A stretch of 32,000 bases of DNA from Candidatus Paracaedimonas acanthamoebae (lineage in GTDB: Bacteria; Pseudomonadota; Alphaproteobacteria; Caedimonadales; Caedimonadaceae), in assembly GCA_000743035.1 (NCBI GenBank), contig CP008936.1, forward strand, positions 1,650,001-1,682,000, in the 5' to 3' direction. Shown piece after piece: positions 1 to 7,419 of this stretch. Positions within the stretch are counted from its first letter, which is position 1; every line of letters starts with the position of its first letter. A program made the translations under genes and the position numbers. Below the pieces are notes generated by a model. That model had not been told where the DNA came from and did no database searches. It saw nothing but the letters and a program-made list of their open reading frames with translations.

Positions 1-1631
1 TCATCGTGCTGAATATCCACAATAATAACTTTAACGTCTGTCGTCATTTGCCGTGCAAACCTTAATGCCTCAAGAGTTCCTTTGTGCACTCTCGAAACAG
101 GAACAATCACAGTTGAAGCTTTAGAATGACTAAATTTTTTGTTGATATTTTTTTCTATTGTAATGTCGACTTTAAGTTGTTTTTCAATTTCATTATAATG
201 TTTTTTCACGCTGTAACATAAACTCACAATTATAGGCACGACGATAACGGTCAAGAAAGCACCCTCAGAAAATTTGGCTTCAAAAGTTACAAGAAGCGCT
301 ATCCCGGTTAAGCAGGCGCCAAATGTATTCAACATCATCTTGCAGCCAGTTGCGGACCAAAAAGATTGAGAGGTTTCTTTAAGATGCTGACGCCAATATT
401 TAACCATTCCCAGTTGGCTTAATGTGAAGGCGCTAAAAACCCCAATTGCGTAAAGCGGAATTAAAGCATGGGTATCACCTCTAAAGATTAATATTAAAAG
501 GCTGGCTAAAATAGCGAGCCATAAGATTCCTTTAGAAAAGACAAGGCGATCACCAATAGCTGAAAGTTGACGTGGTAGCCAGCCATCTTTTGCGAGGATA
601 GCACTTAATTTAGGGAAACCCGCGAAGACAGTATTGGCTGCGAGAAATAAAACGGTTGCTGTTAAAATTTGAATGGCATGATAAAGAAGGCTATCTCCCC
701 ATAGATTGCGGGTTAATTGGCTTAATAAGCTTTCTGAAAGCATGGGTTTTAGGTCAAGATTTTGAGAAATAATAGTAATGGATAGGAATGTACAGCCAAG
801 AATGACACCAAGCGCTAAGAGAATTTGGCGGGCAACCATTGAGCTAGGGTTTGTCAGCATGTTACCTGCATTCGCAACAGCTTCAATCCCTGCCATGGCT
901 GTGCAACCACCCGCAAAAGCTCGTAAGACAACAGCAAAGGTTGCTATATCCAAGAACACATCAAAAGATGAAAAAGCTTGTTTTTGAAAGGATATACCGG
1001 TCTTGAATAAACCATCAATGCATAAACAAATGATAAGGATGATAAAAGCACCTACGGGGAAAGCAACGGCATAGGCTGACTCACGAATCCCTCTTAAATT
1101 AATCCAGGTTAAGAGCCAAAGACCAGAAAAGCACAGAGATAGTTTAAAGTTAAGTAGGTATGGAAAAGCAGAGCAGATGGCTCGAATGCTCGCAGTCATA
1201 GAAACAGCTACTGTTAAAACATAATCAATCAGCAATGAAGAAGCTGCAACTAGAGCAAAGGGGATTCCCAAGTTGTTGCGCGCGACAATATATGCCCCTC
1301 CCCCTTCTGGATAAGCTTGAACCGTTTGTCGATAAGAGGCGATGAGAGAAGTCAAAACTATCACAATGGTAAAGGCAATTGGGATGGATAAAACTAAAAA
1401 GTGACTTCCAGCTAAAGAAAGTGCAATTAAAATTTCTTCTGTTGCATAAGCGATGGAAGAAAGAGCATCTACAGCCAAGAGAGGAAGGCCAAGAAAAAAA
1501 CCTAGCCGTTCTCGATGTTGAGCTGAACTTTTGAGAGGATGCCCAAGCAATAATGTGCGAAGACGAGTAATAGGATGAGTATGAGGTAAAACACGTTGAA
1601 AAGGAAAAGAGAGAATTTTCATTACGCTCAT
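1..1631 (-). CDS. APC-superfamily permease (amino acid/cation transporter with a cytoplasmic C-terminal extension, KimA/YbeC-like). The 3' end runs off the window.
   Basis: Absent from the supplied ORF track because it is open to position 1. My translation of the minus strand from the ATG at 1631 gives MSVMKILSFPFQRV...LPLLAVDALSSIAYATEEILIAL...YRQTVQAYPEGGGAYIVARNNLG...FAGGCTAMAGIEAVANAG...FAGFPKLSAILAKDGWLPRQL. It has many hydrophobic helices and APC-type motifs. A second in-frame ATG lies at 1622. Confidence 0.8.
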   Translation of the reverse strand, partial: MSVMKILSFPFQRVLPHTHPITRLRTLLLGHPLKSSAQHRERLGFFLGLPLLAVDALSSIAYATEEILIALSLAGSHFLVLSIPIAFTIVIVLTSLIASYRQTVQAYPEGGGAYIVARNNLGIPFALVAASSLLIDYVLTVAVSMTASIRAICSAFPYLLNFKLSLCFSGLWLLTWINLRGIRESAYAVAFPVGAFIILIICLCIDGLFKTGISFQKQAFSSFDVFLDIATFAVVLRAFAGGCTAMAGIEAVANAGNMLTNPSSMVARQILLALGVILGCTFLSITIISQNLDLKPMLSESLLSQLTRNLWGDSLLYHAIQILTATVLFLAANTVFAGFPKLSAILAKDGWLPRQLSAIGDRLVFSKGILWLAILASLLILIFRGDTHALIPLYAIGVFSAFTLSQLGMVKYWRQHLKETSQSFWSATGCKMMLNTFGACLTGIALLVTFEAKFSEGAFLTVIVVPIIVSLCYSVKKHYNEIEKQLKVDITIEKNINKKFSHSKASTVIVPVSRVHKGTLEALRFARQMTTDVKVIIVDIQHD

Positions 1632-1797
1632 ATTATATAGATTGTTTCAACTTTAAATCAAGCGTGCTAATGATGCAACAATAACGCTTTTTTATAGGTC
1701 ATCAGAAAACAATCATCTTGAGTTGAATTGAGATCTAAGACCAATTATTCTTCATTTAAGAATATAGCTAAAAATTTACTTTTAAAAGAGGTGTTTT

Positions 1798-2211
1798 ATG
1801 ATCTCGGTTAGCATCAATGATGGAAAATCTCTTTCGCCTGTGAGTGAAAATGAAAGCTCTCTTGAAAGCTCGTCCCTTGCAAACCATCTTCCTAAAAATA
1901 AGGTAGATCTTAATGAGCACCTCATCAAAAATCCGACAGCAACTTTTTTTCTTAGAGCTGCCAGTGATGCATTAAAAGGGGCCGGAGTTTTTAGGGGAGA
2001 TTTACTTGTTGTTGATCGTAGTTCTCAGCCAACCTCTGGCGATATTGTTATTGCGGAGCTTGATGGCGAACTTTCTGTCAGAAAATATAAAAAGAAAGAA
2101 TGCAAAATTCTTCTTTCCACAGATTATTCTCATATAGAGTTTTTTCACACCAATGATTCTAGTGAGATTCCTATATGGGGAATCGTTACAGCCGTTATTC
2201 GCTCTTTATGA
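1798..2211 (+). CDS. Peptidase S24 (LexA C-terminal/UmuD-like) domain protein. It has no N-terminal HTH, and the catalytic dyad appears substituted.
   Basis: 137-aa ORF with AAGAGG 8 nt upstream of the ATG. It aligns without gaps to E. coli UmuD from [24 protein letters not shown]...GDLLIVD...HGDIVIAAVDGEFTVKKL. The sequence here is VDLNEHLIKNPTATFFLRAASDAL...GDLLVVD...SGDIVIAELDGELSVRKY. Confidence 0.75.
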   Translation: MISVSINDGKSLSPVSENESSLESSSLANHLPKNKVDLNEHLIKNPTATFFLRAASDALKGAGVFRGDLLVVDRSSQPTSGDIVIAELDGELSVRKYKKKECKILLSTDYSHIEFFHTNDSSEIPIWGIVTAVIRSL

Positions 2212-2335
2212 TTTGGGTATACTCTGTTCAGAGGGCCTTAAATGTATCTGCAAAAATATAAAACTAATATCCTATCTTAGCTAAACTTAATGAGGACAAT
2301 TCCTCGACAGGTAATTATCGTAATGTTTAGCTTTG

Positions 2336-2376
2336 TTATCTATGTGAAGAGAGAACTAAATCTTGAACATAGATAA
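2336..2376. promoter_or_regulatory. Perfect 10-bp inverted repeat (TTATCTATGT-N21-ACATAGATAA) upstream of the LuxR/STAND gene. A second small palindrome, AATACT-TT-AGTATT, lies at 2393-2406.
   Basis: Read directly from the sequence. The repeat lies about 70-110 nt upstream of the ATG at 2446. Its function as an operator is only a guess. Confidence 0.3.
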
Positions 2377-2445
2377 AAACATACTTAGGATTAATACTTT
2401 AGTATTCTTTAAAAGCAATACACCAAAATAGGGTTTAATTGGGTT

Positions 2446-3996
2446 ATGCAAAATTTAAAAATGAATTTATTTCAAAAGATTGACCCTAAAGATCTAGAAA
2501 AAATAAATGGCGTAAAATTTACTTTTAGAGAAATTGATATTTTAGCTTTTATGTTTCATGGGAAATCAACTAAGAAAACAGCTTCTTTACTCTCAATCTC
2601 TCCGCGAACTGTTGAAAATCATGTGCGCAATATTATGGTGAAAGTTGAGTGTAATTCGCGCGAAGCTATAATAGATTTTATAGAAAAATCTAAAGAAGTT
2701 TATGTACTTAAAAAATATTATTCAAATTTAAGAATTGAATCAGCATTTAAAGAATGCTTAAGAGAAATTTCACTCTTAATGGAGAAGAAAGCTTTAAAGT
2801 GTAAAATTGAAACTATTGGGAATGAGTTTTGGGGCCATACGCTAGAAAGCTATCTCAAACTTGCGGGAGTTAACATTCTAAAGGGAAAAGAGCAAAAATC
2901 TAAAACTCTTGGGGCTTTCAAGACTGAAGAAGCTTCAATAGATTATGTACTTTGTCCTCTCACGAGCTTAGAAGCAGGGGAAATTTCCCTTATAAAAGAA
3001 AAATTTGGGTGTTATTTTCAACAAACTTCTCCATCGTTTCCTCCTTTAATTTTTCTCATTCAAAATAAAGAACTGAATAACTTTTCATCCCATCTGATAT
3101 TAAAAGACAACAAAAATGTAATAATGGTAGATTTTCAAGAGAATGATTATTTTTCATTTTTCGAACTTTTGAAAAAAATGCTAGCACCTCTTAGTTTAGA
3201 GAAAATAATTTTAAAATTTCTCAAGAAATGTGAAGAATTAAAGCTTACTTTAGAGACTGATTCTCTACCAAATACTCTAGCAGCCTCTTCTCCAGCGTTG
3301 AAACAAATCTCTCAAAATGTAGATGTAAATGATCATAAAAAGTTGAGATATTATTTAATAAGAGGACTCGCTTTTAGTCTTGTAGGGAGTTTGATCTTAT
3401 TTTTAGGCCTCTATCAACCTACAAACGTTAAACTTTCGTCAAAGAATATCATAAGATCTGACCTTCCTATTCCTGCTGAAACGATCCTTTTACCGCGTCC
3501 TCAAATACTCGCTCAAATCCAGGAAAAGTTAAGTAAAAAACAAGGCATTCAAGTTATTGCATTAGTGGGAATAGGAGGCGCTGGAAAGACAACAATTGCT
3601 CGCCAATATGCGCGCTTACAAAAAACAAATGTTATATGGGAAATAAATGCAGATACGAAAGAAAGCTTAATTAATTCATTTGAGAATCTTGTGTATGCTC
3701 TTTGTAAAACAAAAGAGGAAAAAAAGATATTAAGAGATCTTCAAGAGATAAAAAACCCTCAAGAAAGAGAGGAAAAAATAGTCCTTCTCTTGAAAGATAA
3801 GTTAAAAGCAATTTCAGAATGGTTGTTAATCTATGATAATGTTGAGAAGTTTACAGATATTCAGAGATATTTTCCTTATGATCCAATAAGTTGGGGGATG
3901 GGGAAAGTAATTATCACAAGTAGGGACAATAATATTGAAAATAACAGTTATGTGAGTCACGCTATTCAAGTCAAAGAATTAAGTATTAAGTATTAA
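2446..3996 (+). CDS. N-terminal fragment of a LuxR-HTH / NB-ARC (STAND NTPase) / TPR protein, truncated by a frameshift.
   Basis: - LuxR/GerE-type HTH: FTFREIDILAFMFHGKSTKKTASLLSISPRTVENHVRNIMVKV (aa ~25-68).
- Hydrophobic segment: GLAFSLVGSLILFLGLY (aa ~307-323).
- Walker A: GIGGAGKTT (nt 3568-3594).
- Walker B-like: LLIYDNVE.
- Sensor-like: KVIITSRD.
- The ORF stops inside the NB-ARC domain. Confidence 0.85.
   Translation: MQNLKMNLFQKIDPKDLEKINGVKFTFREIDILAFMFHGKSTKKTASLLSISPRTVENHVRNIMVKVECNSREAIIDFIEKSKEVYVLKKYYSNLRIESAFKECLREISLLMEKKALKCKIETIGNEFWGHTLESYLKLAGVNILKGKEQKSKTLGAFKTEEASIDYVLCPLTSLEAGEISLIKEKFGCYFQQTSPSFPPLIFLIQNKELNNFSSHLILKDNKNVIMVDFQENDYFSFFELLKKMLAPLSLEKIILKFLKKCEELKLTLETDSLPNTLAASSPALKQISQNVDVNDHKKLRYYLIRGLAFSLVGSLILFLGLYQPTNVKLSSKNIIRSDLPIPAETILLPRPQILAQIQEKLSKKQGIQVIALVGIGGAGKTTIARQYARLQKTNVIWEINADTKESLINSFENLVYALCKTKEEKKILRDLQEIKNPQEREEKIVLLLKDKLKAISEWLLIYDNVEKFTDIQRYFPYDPISWGMGKVIITSRDNNIENNSYVSHAIQVKELSIKY
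3982..3995 (+). repeat. 7-bp tandem duplication, AGTATTA|AGTATTA, that creates the stop and frameshift between the two STAND ORFs.
   Basis: The sequence reads GAATTA AGTATTA AGTATTA AAGAAAAA. Deleting one copy gives GAA TTA AGT ATT AAA GAA AAA CTA ATT CTT TTT ACT GAA ATT ATG, which joins ...QVKELSIK to EKLILFTEIMRIGN... in one frame. Confidence 0.85.
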
Positions 3997-4024
3997 AGAA
4001 AAACTAATTCTTTTTACTGAAATT

Positions 4025-5749
4025 ATGCGAATTGGAAATGTGCACCATTCTGAAATTAAATCTAAGAAGTTTTTGGACAACATTCCTCCTTTTCCTTTAG
4101 ATGTATCTACAGCAGCTTATTATTTAAAAGCAACAAATGTTTCTTTAGAGGGATATCTAAATCATTTAATTAGTTATAACAAGGAATTTGCAGCAACTCA
4201 GGAACATATCCTTAAGGAAGCCTCAGACTATACAAAAACGCGATATGGTATAATTACCTTATCTTTAAAAAAAATTATTGATACACAAAAAGAATTTGAA
4301 CCATTATTATTATTAATTAGCTTGTTAGATTCTCAAAACATCCCTAAAGCATTATTAGATGCTTGCGGAAATAGTTCACTTATTGATAGTCTTTTTTATC
4401 ATTTAAATAAGTATTCATTGATTGTTAATGAGTCTTATAGGAATTCAATTCCTGTATTTTCCATACACCGAAGCACTCAAAAAATAAGTTTGGCTTACCT
4501 CAAAAAAACCTTAGCCTTAGAGAAAAACAACCCTCTATTAGATAAGGTTGCTCATATATTTGAAAATTATGTGACAGAAATTATAGATAAAGAAGACTTT
4601 TTACAAATGAAGCTTCTATTATCTCAGGGCGATGCTTACTTAAGGCATGATGACCTCCTCAGAGATAATATTAAGAACAGTCTTAAAAGCTCTCTAGGAT
4701 GTATATATTATTATTTAAGTGATTATATAAAGGCTAAACAATTTCTTGAGGAAAGTCTTGTAAACTTAATAAAAGACTACCATAAAAATCATCATAAGGT
4801 CGCACGTATTTTAATGTATTTAGGAAATGTCTATAGAACCCTTGGGGATTGCGAAAAAGCAAAAAATTTACTTGAAGAGAGTCTTTCGATTTATGCTCAA
4901 TATCCTGGTAATTATATGGGGAATGGACGTGCTTTAGGATATTTGGGAATTATTTATAGAGGGCTAGGTGACTACTCAAAGGCAAGAAGCTTGCTTGAGA
5001 AAAGTCTTGGAATATATCAAGAGCATTCACAGAACAGTATTGGACATGCCTGGATTTTATCGCATTTAGGAAATACTTATCTAATATTAGGGAACTATGA
5101 GCAAGCGCGGATTTTACTTGAACAAAGCCTTGATATCTATAAAAAGCATTCTGAAGATTATGTTGGTGTTTCTTGGGTTCTTGGATATTTAGGAGATGCT
5201 TATAGAGCTTTAGGCGACTATAAAAAATCTCAAGAGTTACTTGAGCAAAGTCTTATTATTTGCCGAAAACATTTTCCTGAAAATCATGTCTATATCGCTT
5301 CTTCTTTAGCATATTTGGGAAATCTACATGCTGAAATAGGAGAGTATCAAATGGCACGCAACTTATTGGAAAAAAGTCTTGAAATTTCAGAAACAAGCTA
5401 TGGGAAGAATCATATACAAACGGCACGTATTTTGAGAAGTTTGGGACGAATTTATCTTTTGGAAGGAAAAATGCAAGAAGCTGAGAATTTCCTTCAAAAT
5501 TCTTTAAATATCTTTCAACAACATAAATATAGCGAAAGTTATATGTCTCTGGAAAACTTAGCAGACTTATATCTCATGAAATTTTCACAACAGCCTCTCT
5601 CCAATGATAGGCAGAAGTTTCATCAATCAAAAAATCAAGCTCTTGAGTATTTAAGGCAAGCGTTAGAGATTGTTAAAGCGCATTTCCCAAATGATTCTTC
5701 TCATATCATTAGAATTCAAAACAAATTAATGAATCAAGGCATTAAATAG
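4025..5749 (+). CDS. C-terminal fragment of the same STAND gene: the rest of the NB-ARC domain (GLPL-like motif) plus about 8 TPR repeats.
   Basis: - IPPFPLDVSTAAYYL matches the NB-ARC GxPLA motif.
- The repeated 40-42-aa units (LGNVYRTLGDCEKAKNLLEESLSIY, LGIIYRGLGDYSKARSLLEKSLGIY, LGNTYLILGNYEQARILLEQSLDIY, and others) are TPR_12-type.
- The frame stays open upstream of the ATG at 4025, back into the duplication. Confidence 0.85.
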   Translation: MRIGNVHHSEIKSKKFLDNIPPFPLDVSTAAYYLKATNVSLEGYLNHLISYNKEFAATQEHILKEASDYTKTRYGIITLSLKKIIDTQKEFEPLLLLISLLDSQNIPKALLDACGNSSLIDSLFYHLNKYSLIVNESYRNSIPVFSIHRSTQKISLAYLKKTLALEKNNPLLDKVAHIFENYVTEIIDKEDFLQMKLLLSQGDAYLRHDDLLRDNIKNSLKSSLGCIYYYLSDYIKAKQFLEESLVNLIKDYHKNHHKVARILMYLGNVYRTLGDCEKAKNLLEESLSIYAQYPGNYMGNGRALGYLGIIYRGLGDYSKARSLLEKSLGIYQEHSQNSIGHAWILSHLGNTYLILGNYEQARILLEQSLDIYKKHSEDYVGVSWVLGYLGDAYRALGDYKKSQELLEQSLIICRKHFPENHVYIASSLAYLGNLHAEIGEYQMARNLLEKSLEISETSYGKNHIQTARILRSLGRIYLLEGKMQEAENFLQNSLNIFQQHKYSESYMSLENLADLYLMKFSQQPLSNDRQKFHQSKNQALEYLRQALEIVKAHFPNDSSHIIRIQNKLMNQGIK

Positions 5750-6308
5750 AACAAAGTAACACTCGTTTCTGTTATTCAACCATGTAAATATATAAAGTAT
5801 TTTTTGATTTTTATCGAATTTTCTTGAATTTTGTATCATATTGTGGTAGCCTGATAGTATAGATGGTTAGATGATTTTCATCTCTTATGAAAACCTAAAA
5901 GATCTTCATAATTCTTCCATAAAATCCAACTGTCTCATTAAAATAATAAGGGAATTAAAAAAACCTAAGTTATTAAAGAGAATAAGCCTTTTAACGCTCT
6001 TTTTGAGCGAATACCCTCTCTTTGCCTTTTTCAGAGGTCGATTCCTCTGCAAAAAGAATAACTGAAGCGTCCTGATCAAACGCTTAACCCAGAAAATTTC
6101 GAATCTCTGGGGAGAGAAAAAGGTATGCCAACAGTTGAGTAAATGAGGATAATGATAGGCATGTCGTGAAATGGAAGAAACGATCTGTCCTGACCTCAAC
6201 CTCTCAAACAAAAGCAAAAGGCTTCCCAATTCCTTCCTGTGCACAAACTGCACAGGAAGGGAGAGGGGAAAACAATAAAAACAAGAAACATAAACAAGGA
6301 GATATAAA

Positions 6309-6581
6309 ATGATAAAAACACATGAACAAAAACCAAATGGTAAGAAAGAACTAGGGGCACAAAAACGTCTGGACCCATCAACAATCAAGAAAAGGGTGCT
6401 CAGTGCTGTTTTGAGGAGAGAAACAGGTTGTTTCAATCCCTCTCAAAGAGACAAACGTATGAAGGTCTATCAACAGAGCTTCAACCGCTGGTGGGACCTG
6501 ATTTTTGATCAGGGAAGCAGGAAACGAATGGCGATAGGCAACCAAGAGATGTGCATAGGTACCAGGAGATCCTATGCATAA
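6309..6581 (+). CDS. Possible small basic protein (90 aa) of unknown function. Doubtful.
   Basis: AAGGAG lies 7 nt upstream of the ATG (acaAGGAGatataaaATG). However, it sits in a strongly purine-rich, otherwise non-coding stretch where SD-like strings arise by chance. I recognise no domain. Confidence 0.25.
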   Translation: MIKTHEQKPNGKKELGAQKRLDPSTIKKRVLSAVLRRETGCFNPSQRDKRMKVYQQSFNRWWDLIFDQGSRKRMAIGNQEMCIGTRRSYA

Positions 6582-6638
6582 GACGTAGGATTATATGGAA
6601 GGGGTATAAGATATGAGTCAGAAGAGAAAAACACATGA

Positions 6639-6710
6639 ATCAAAAATTATCCCCTGACAAATAGACCCTAGGATGTTCTTTATGTTGGCGTAACGAATAA
6701 CCTAGTATAA
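6639..6710 (+). pseudogene. Relic of a GIY-YIG (UPF0213/YhbQ-like) nuclease gene.
   Basis: One frame reads ...YPLTNRP*DVLYVGVTNNLV*. The VLYVGVTNNL string is the signature N-terminal GIY-YIG block (Y-[IV]-L-x-n-LY-[IV]-G-[VI]-T-N-[ND]-L). An in-frame TAG lies at 6669-6671 and a TAA at 6708-6710. No recognisable continuation follows. Confidence 0.4.
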
Positions 6711-6855
6711 CGTTGCTTGCTAAAGTTGATCTTAACAAAGATAAGGACGGTTTTTCGTTTGTCTTGTAAGATAAAGAAGGTTTTAATGGCTACTTAAAAT
6801 ACGAGCGTTTTCTGTGCGGTATTAAACATACACGCCTGAGAGTTATAAGTATGAA

Positions 6856-7419
6856 TCAACTTTTGCTCATATCAATATCAGAACCAACAAATGGGATTTC
6901 TTTATTCCAAAATTTGTTTAGGCTATCCCACCATAAGCTAGTTTGAGACGTAAGTATTTTTGAAAACTTATCTAAATCATCGCTTCCGGTTAAACGAAAC
7001 TGTATTCCCTCTAATATGCCAATAACAGCCCACTCACTTACTTTCTCATCAGGATGTTTAATAAGACAATGAATCAAAGCTGAGATATTCCTTAATTCTT
7101 TCTGTAAAGGAGGCTTTACTTTAGGGTTATTGCTTGCCTCCTTGTATAAAGCAACGATATACTCTGCAAAGTCTCCGGCAATACTATAAGGCAAGTCCTT
7201 ATCATCAGAAGATAGAAAAATTTCTTCAAAAGCAGGACAAGTTTGTAAAACAATTTCATAAATTTGGCGTAAGGTAACCTTTGTAAAATATGAACTTTCA
7301 TACCTTTCTGTTAAGCTTTTACGCATTTTAATAAAGGAAACTCCATTCTTTTCAATAAACTCACCTTCAGGAATATATGAATTTTTATCAAAAAATTTAA
7401 TGCAGAGTCTACAGCACAA
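6856..7419 (-). CDS. Last ~35 aa of a GNAT fold followed by a ~150-aa domain of unknown function. This is the downstream part of a frameshifted GNAT-fusion gene.
   Basis: After its TTG start the ORF begins CCRLCIKFFDKNSYIPEGEFIEKNGVSFIKMRKSL. From KFFDKNSY... onward this is a typical GNAT C-terminal strand/helix (xFYxKNGYxxxGE...MxKxL). It then continues with TERYESSYFTKVTLRQIYEIV...WAVIGILEGIQ...WWDSLNKFW, which matches nothing I can name. Confidence 0.6.
   Translation of the reverse strand: MCCRLCIKFFDKNSYIPEGEFIEKNGVSFIKMRKSLTERYESSYFTKVTLRQIYEIVLQTCPAFEEIFLSSDDKDLPYSIAGDFAEYIVALYKEASNNPKVKPPLQKELRNISALIHCLIKHPDEKVSEWAVIGILEGIQFRLTGSDDLDKFSKILTSQTSLWWDSLNKFWNKEIPFVGSDIDMSKS

Noticed and set aside
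1632-1797. I looked for an SOS box upstream of the UmuD-like gene: alphaproteobacterial GTTC-N7-GTTC or gamma-type CTGT-N8-ACAG.
   Set aside because: Neither motif is present in the intergenic region.
5845-5896. tRNA-like string GGTAGCCTGATAGTATAGATGGTTAGATGATTTTCATCTCTTATGAAAACC, with a D-loop-like TAGTATAGATGGTTAG and a 5-bp stem / 7-nt loop.
   Set aside because: The D stem does not pair. The loop, TCTCTTA, has C at position 33 and T at position 37. There is no T arm or acceptor 3' strand. At most it is a decayed fragment.
6041-6058. Hairpin CAGAGG-tcgatt-CCTCTG flanked by T5 and A5, which looks like a terminator.
   Set aside because: On both strands the T-run precedes the stem and an A-run follows it, so it does not have intrinsic-terminator geometry.
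5906-6436. 176-aa minus-strand ORF, plus the nested 62-aa ORF (6196-6384) and the 64-aa plus-strand ORF (5871-6065).
   Set aside because: The translation is low-complexity Leu/Phe/Ser/Cys-rich. The plus strand here is purine-rich, so the minus strand is depleted in stop codons by composition alone. There is no RBS and no recognisable domain.
6426-6457. GTTGTTTCAATCCCTCTCAAAGAGACAAACG resembles the start of some CRISPR repeats (GTTTCAATCC...).
   Set aside because: It is a single copy. There are no regularly spaced repeats and no cas genes in the window.
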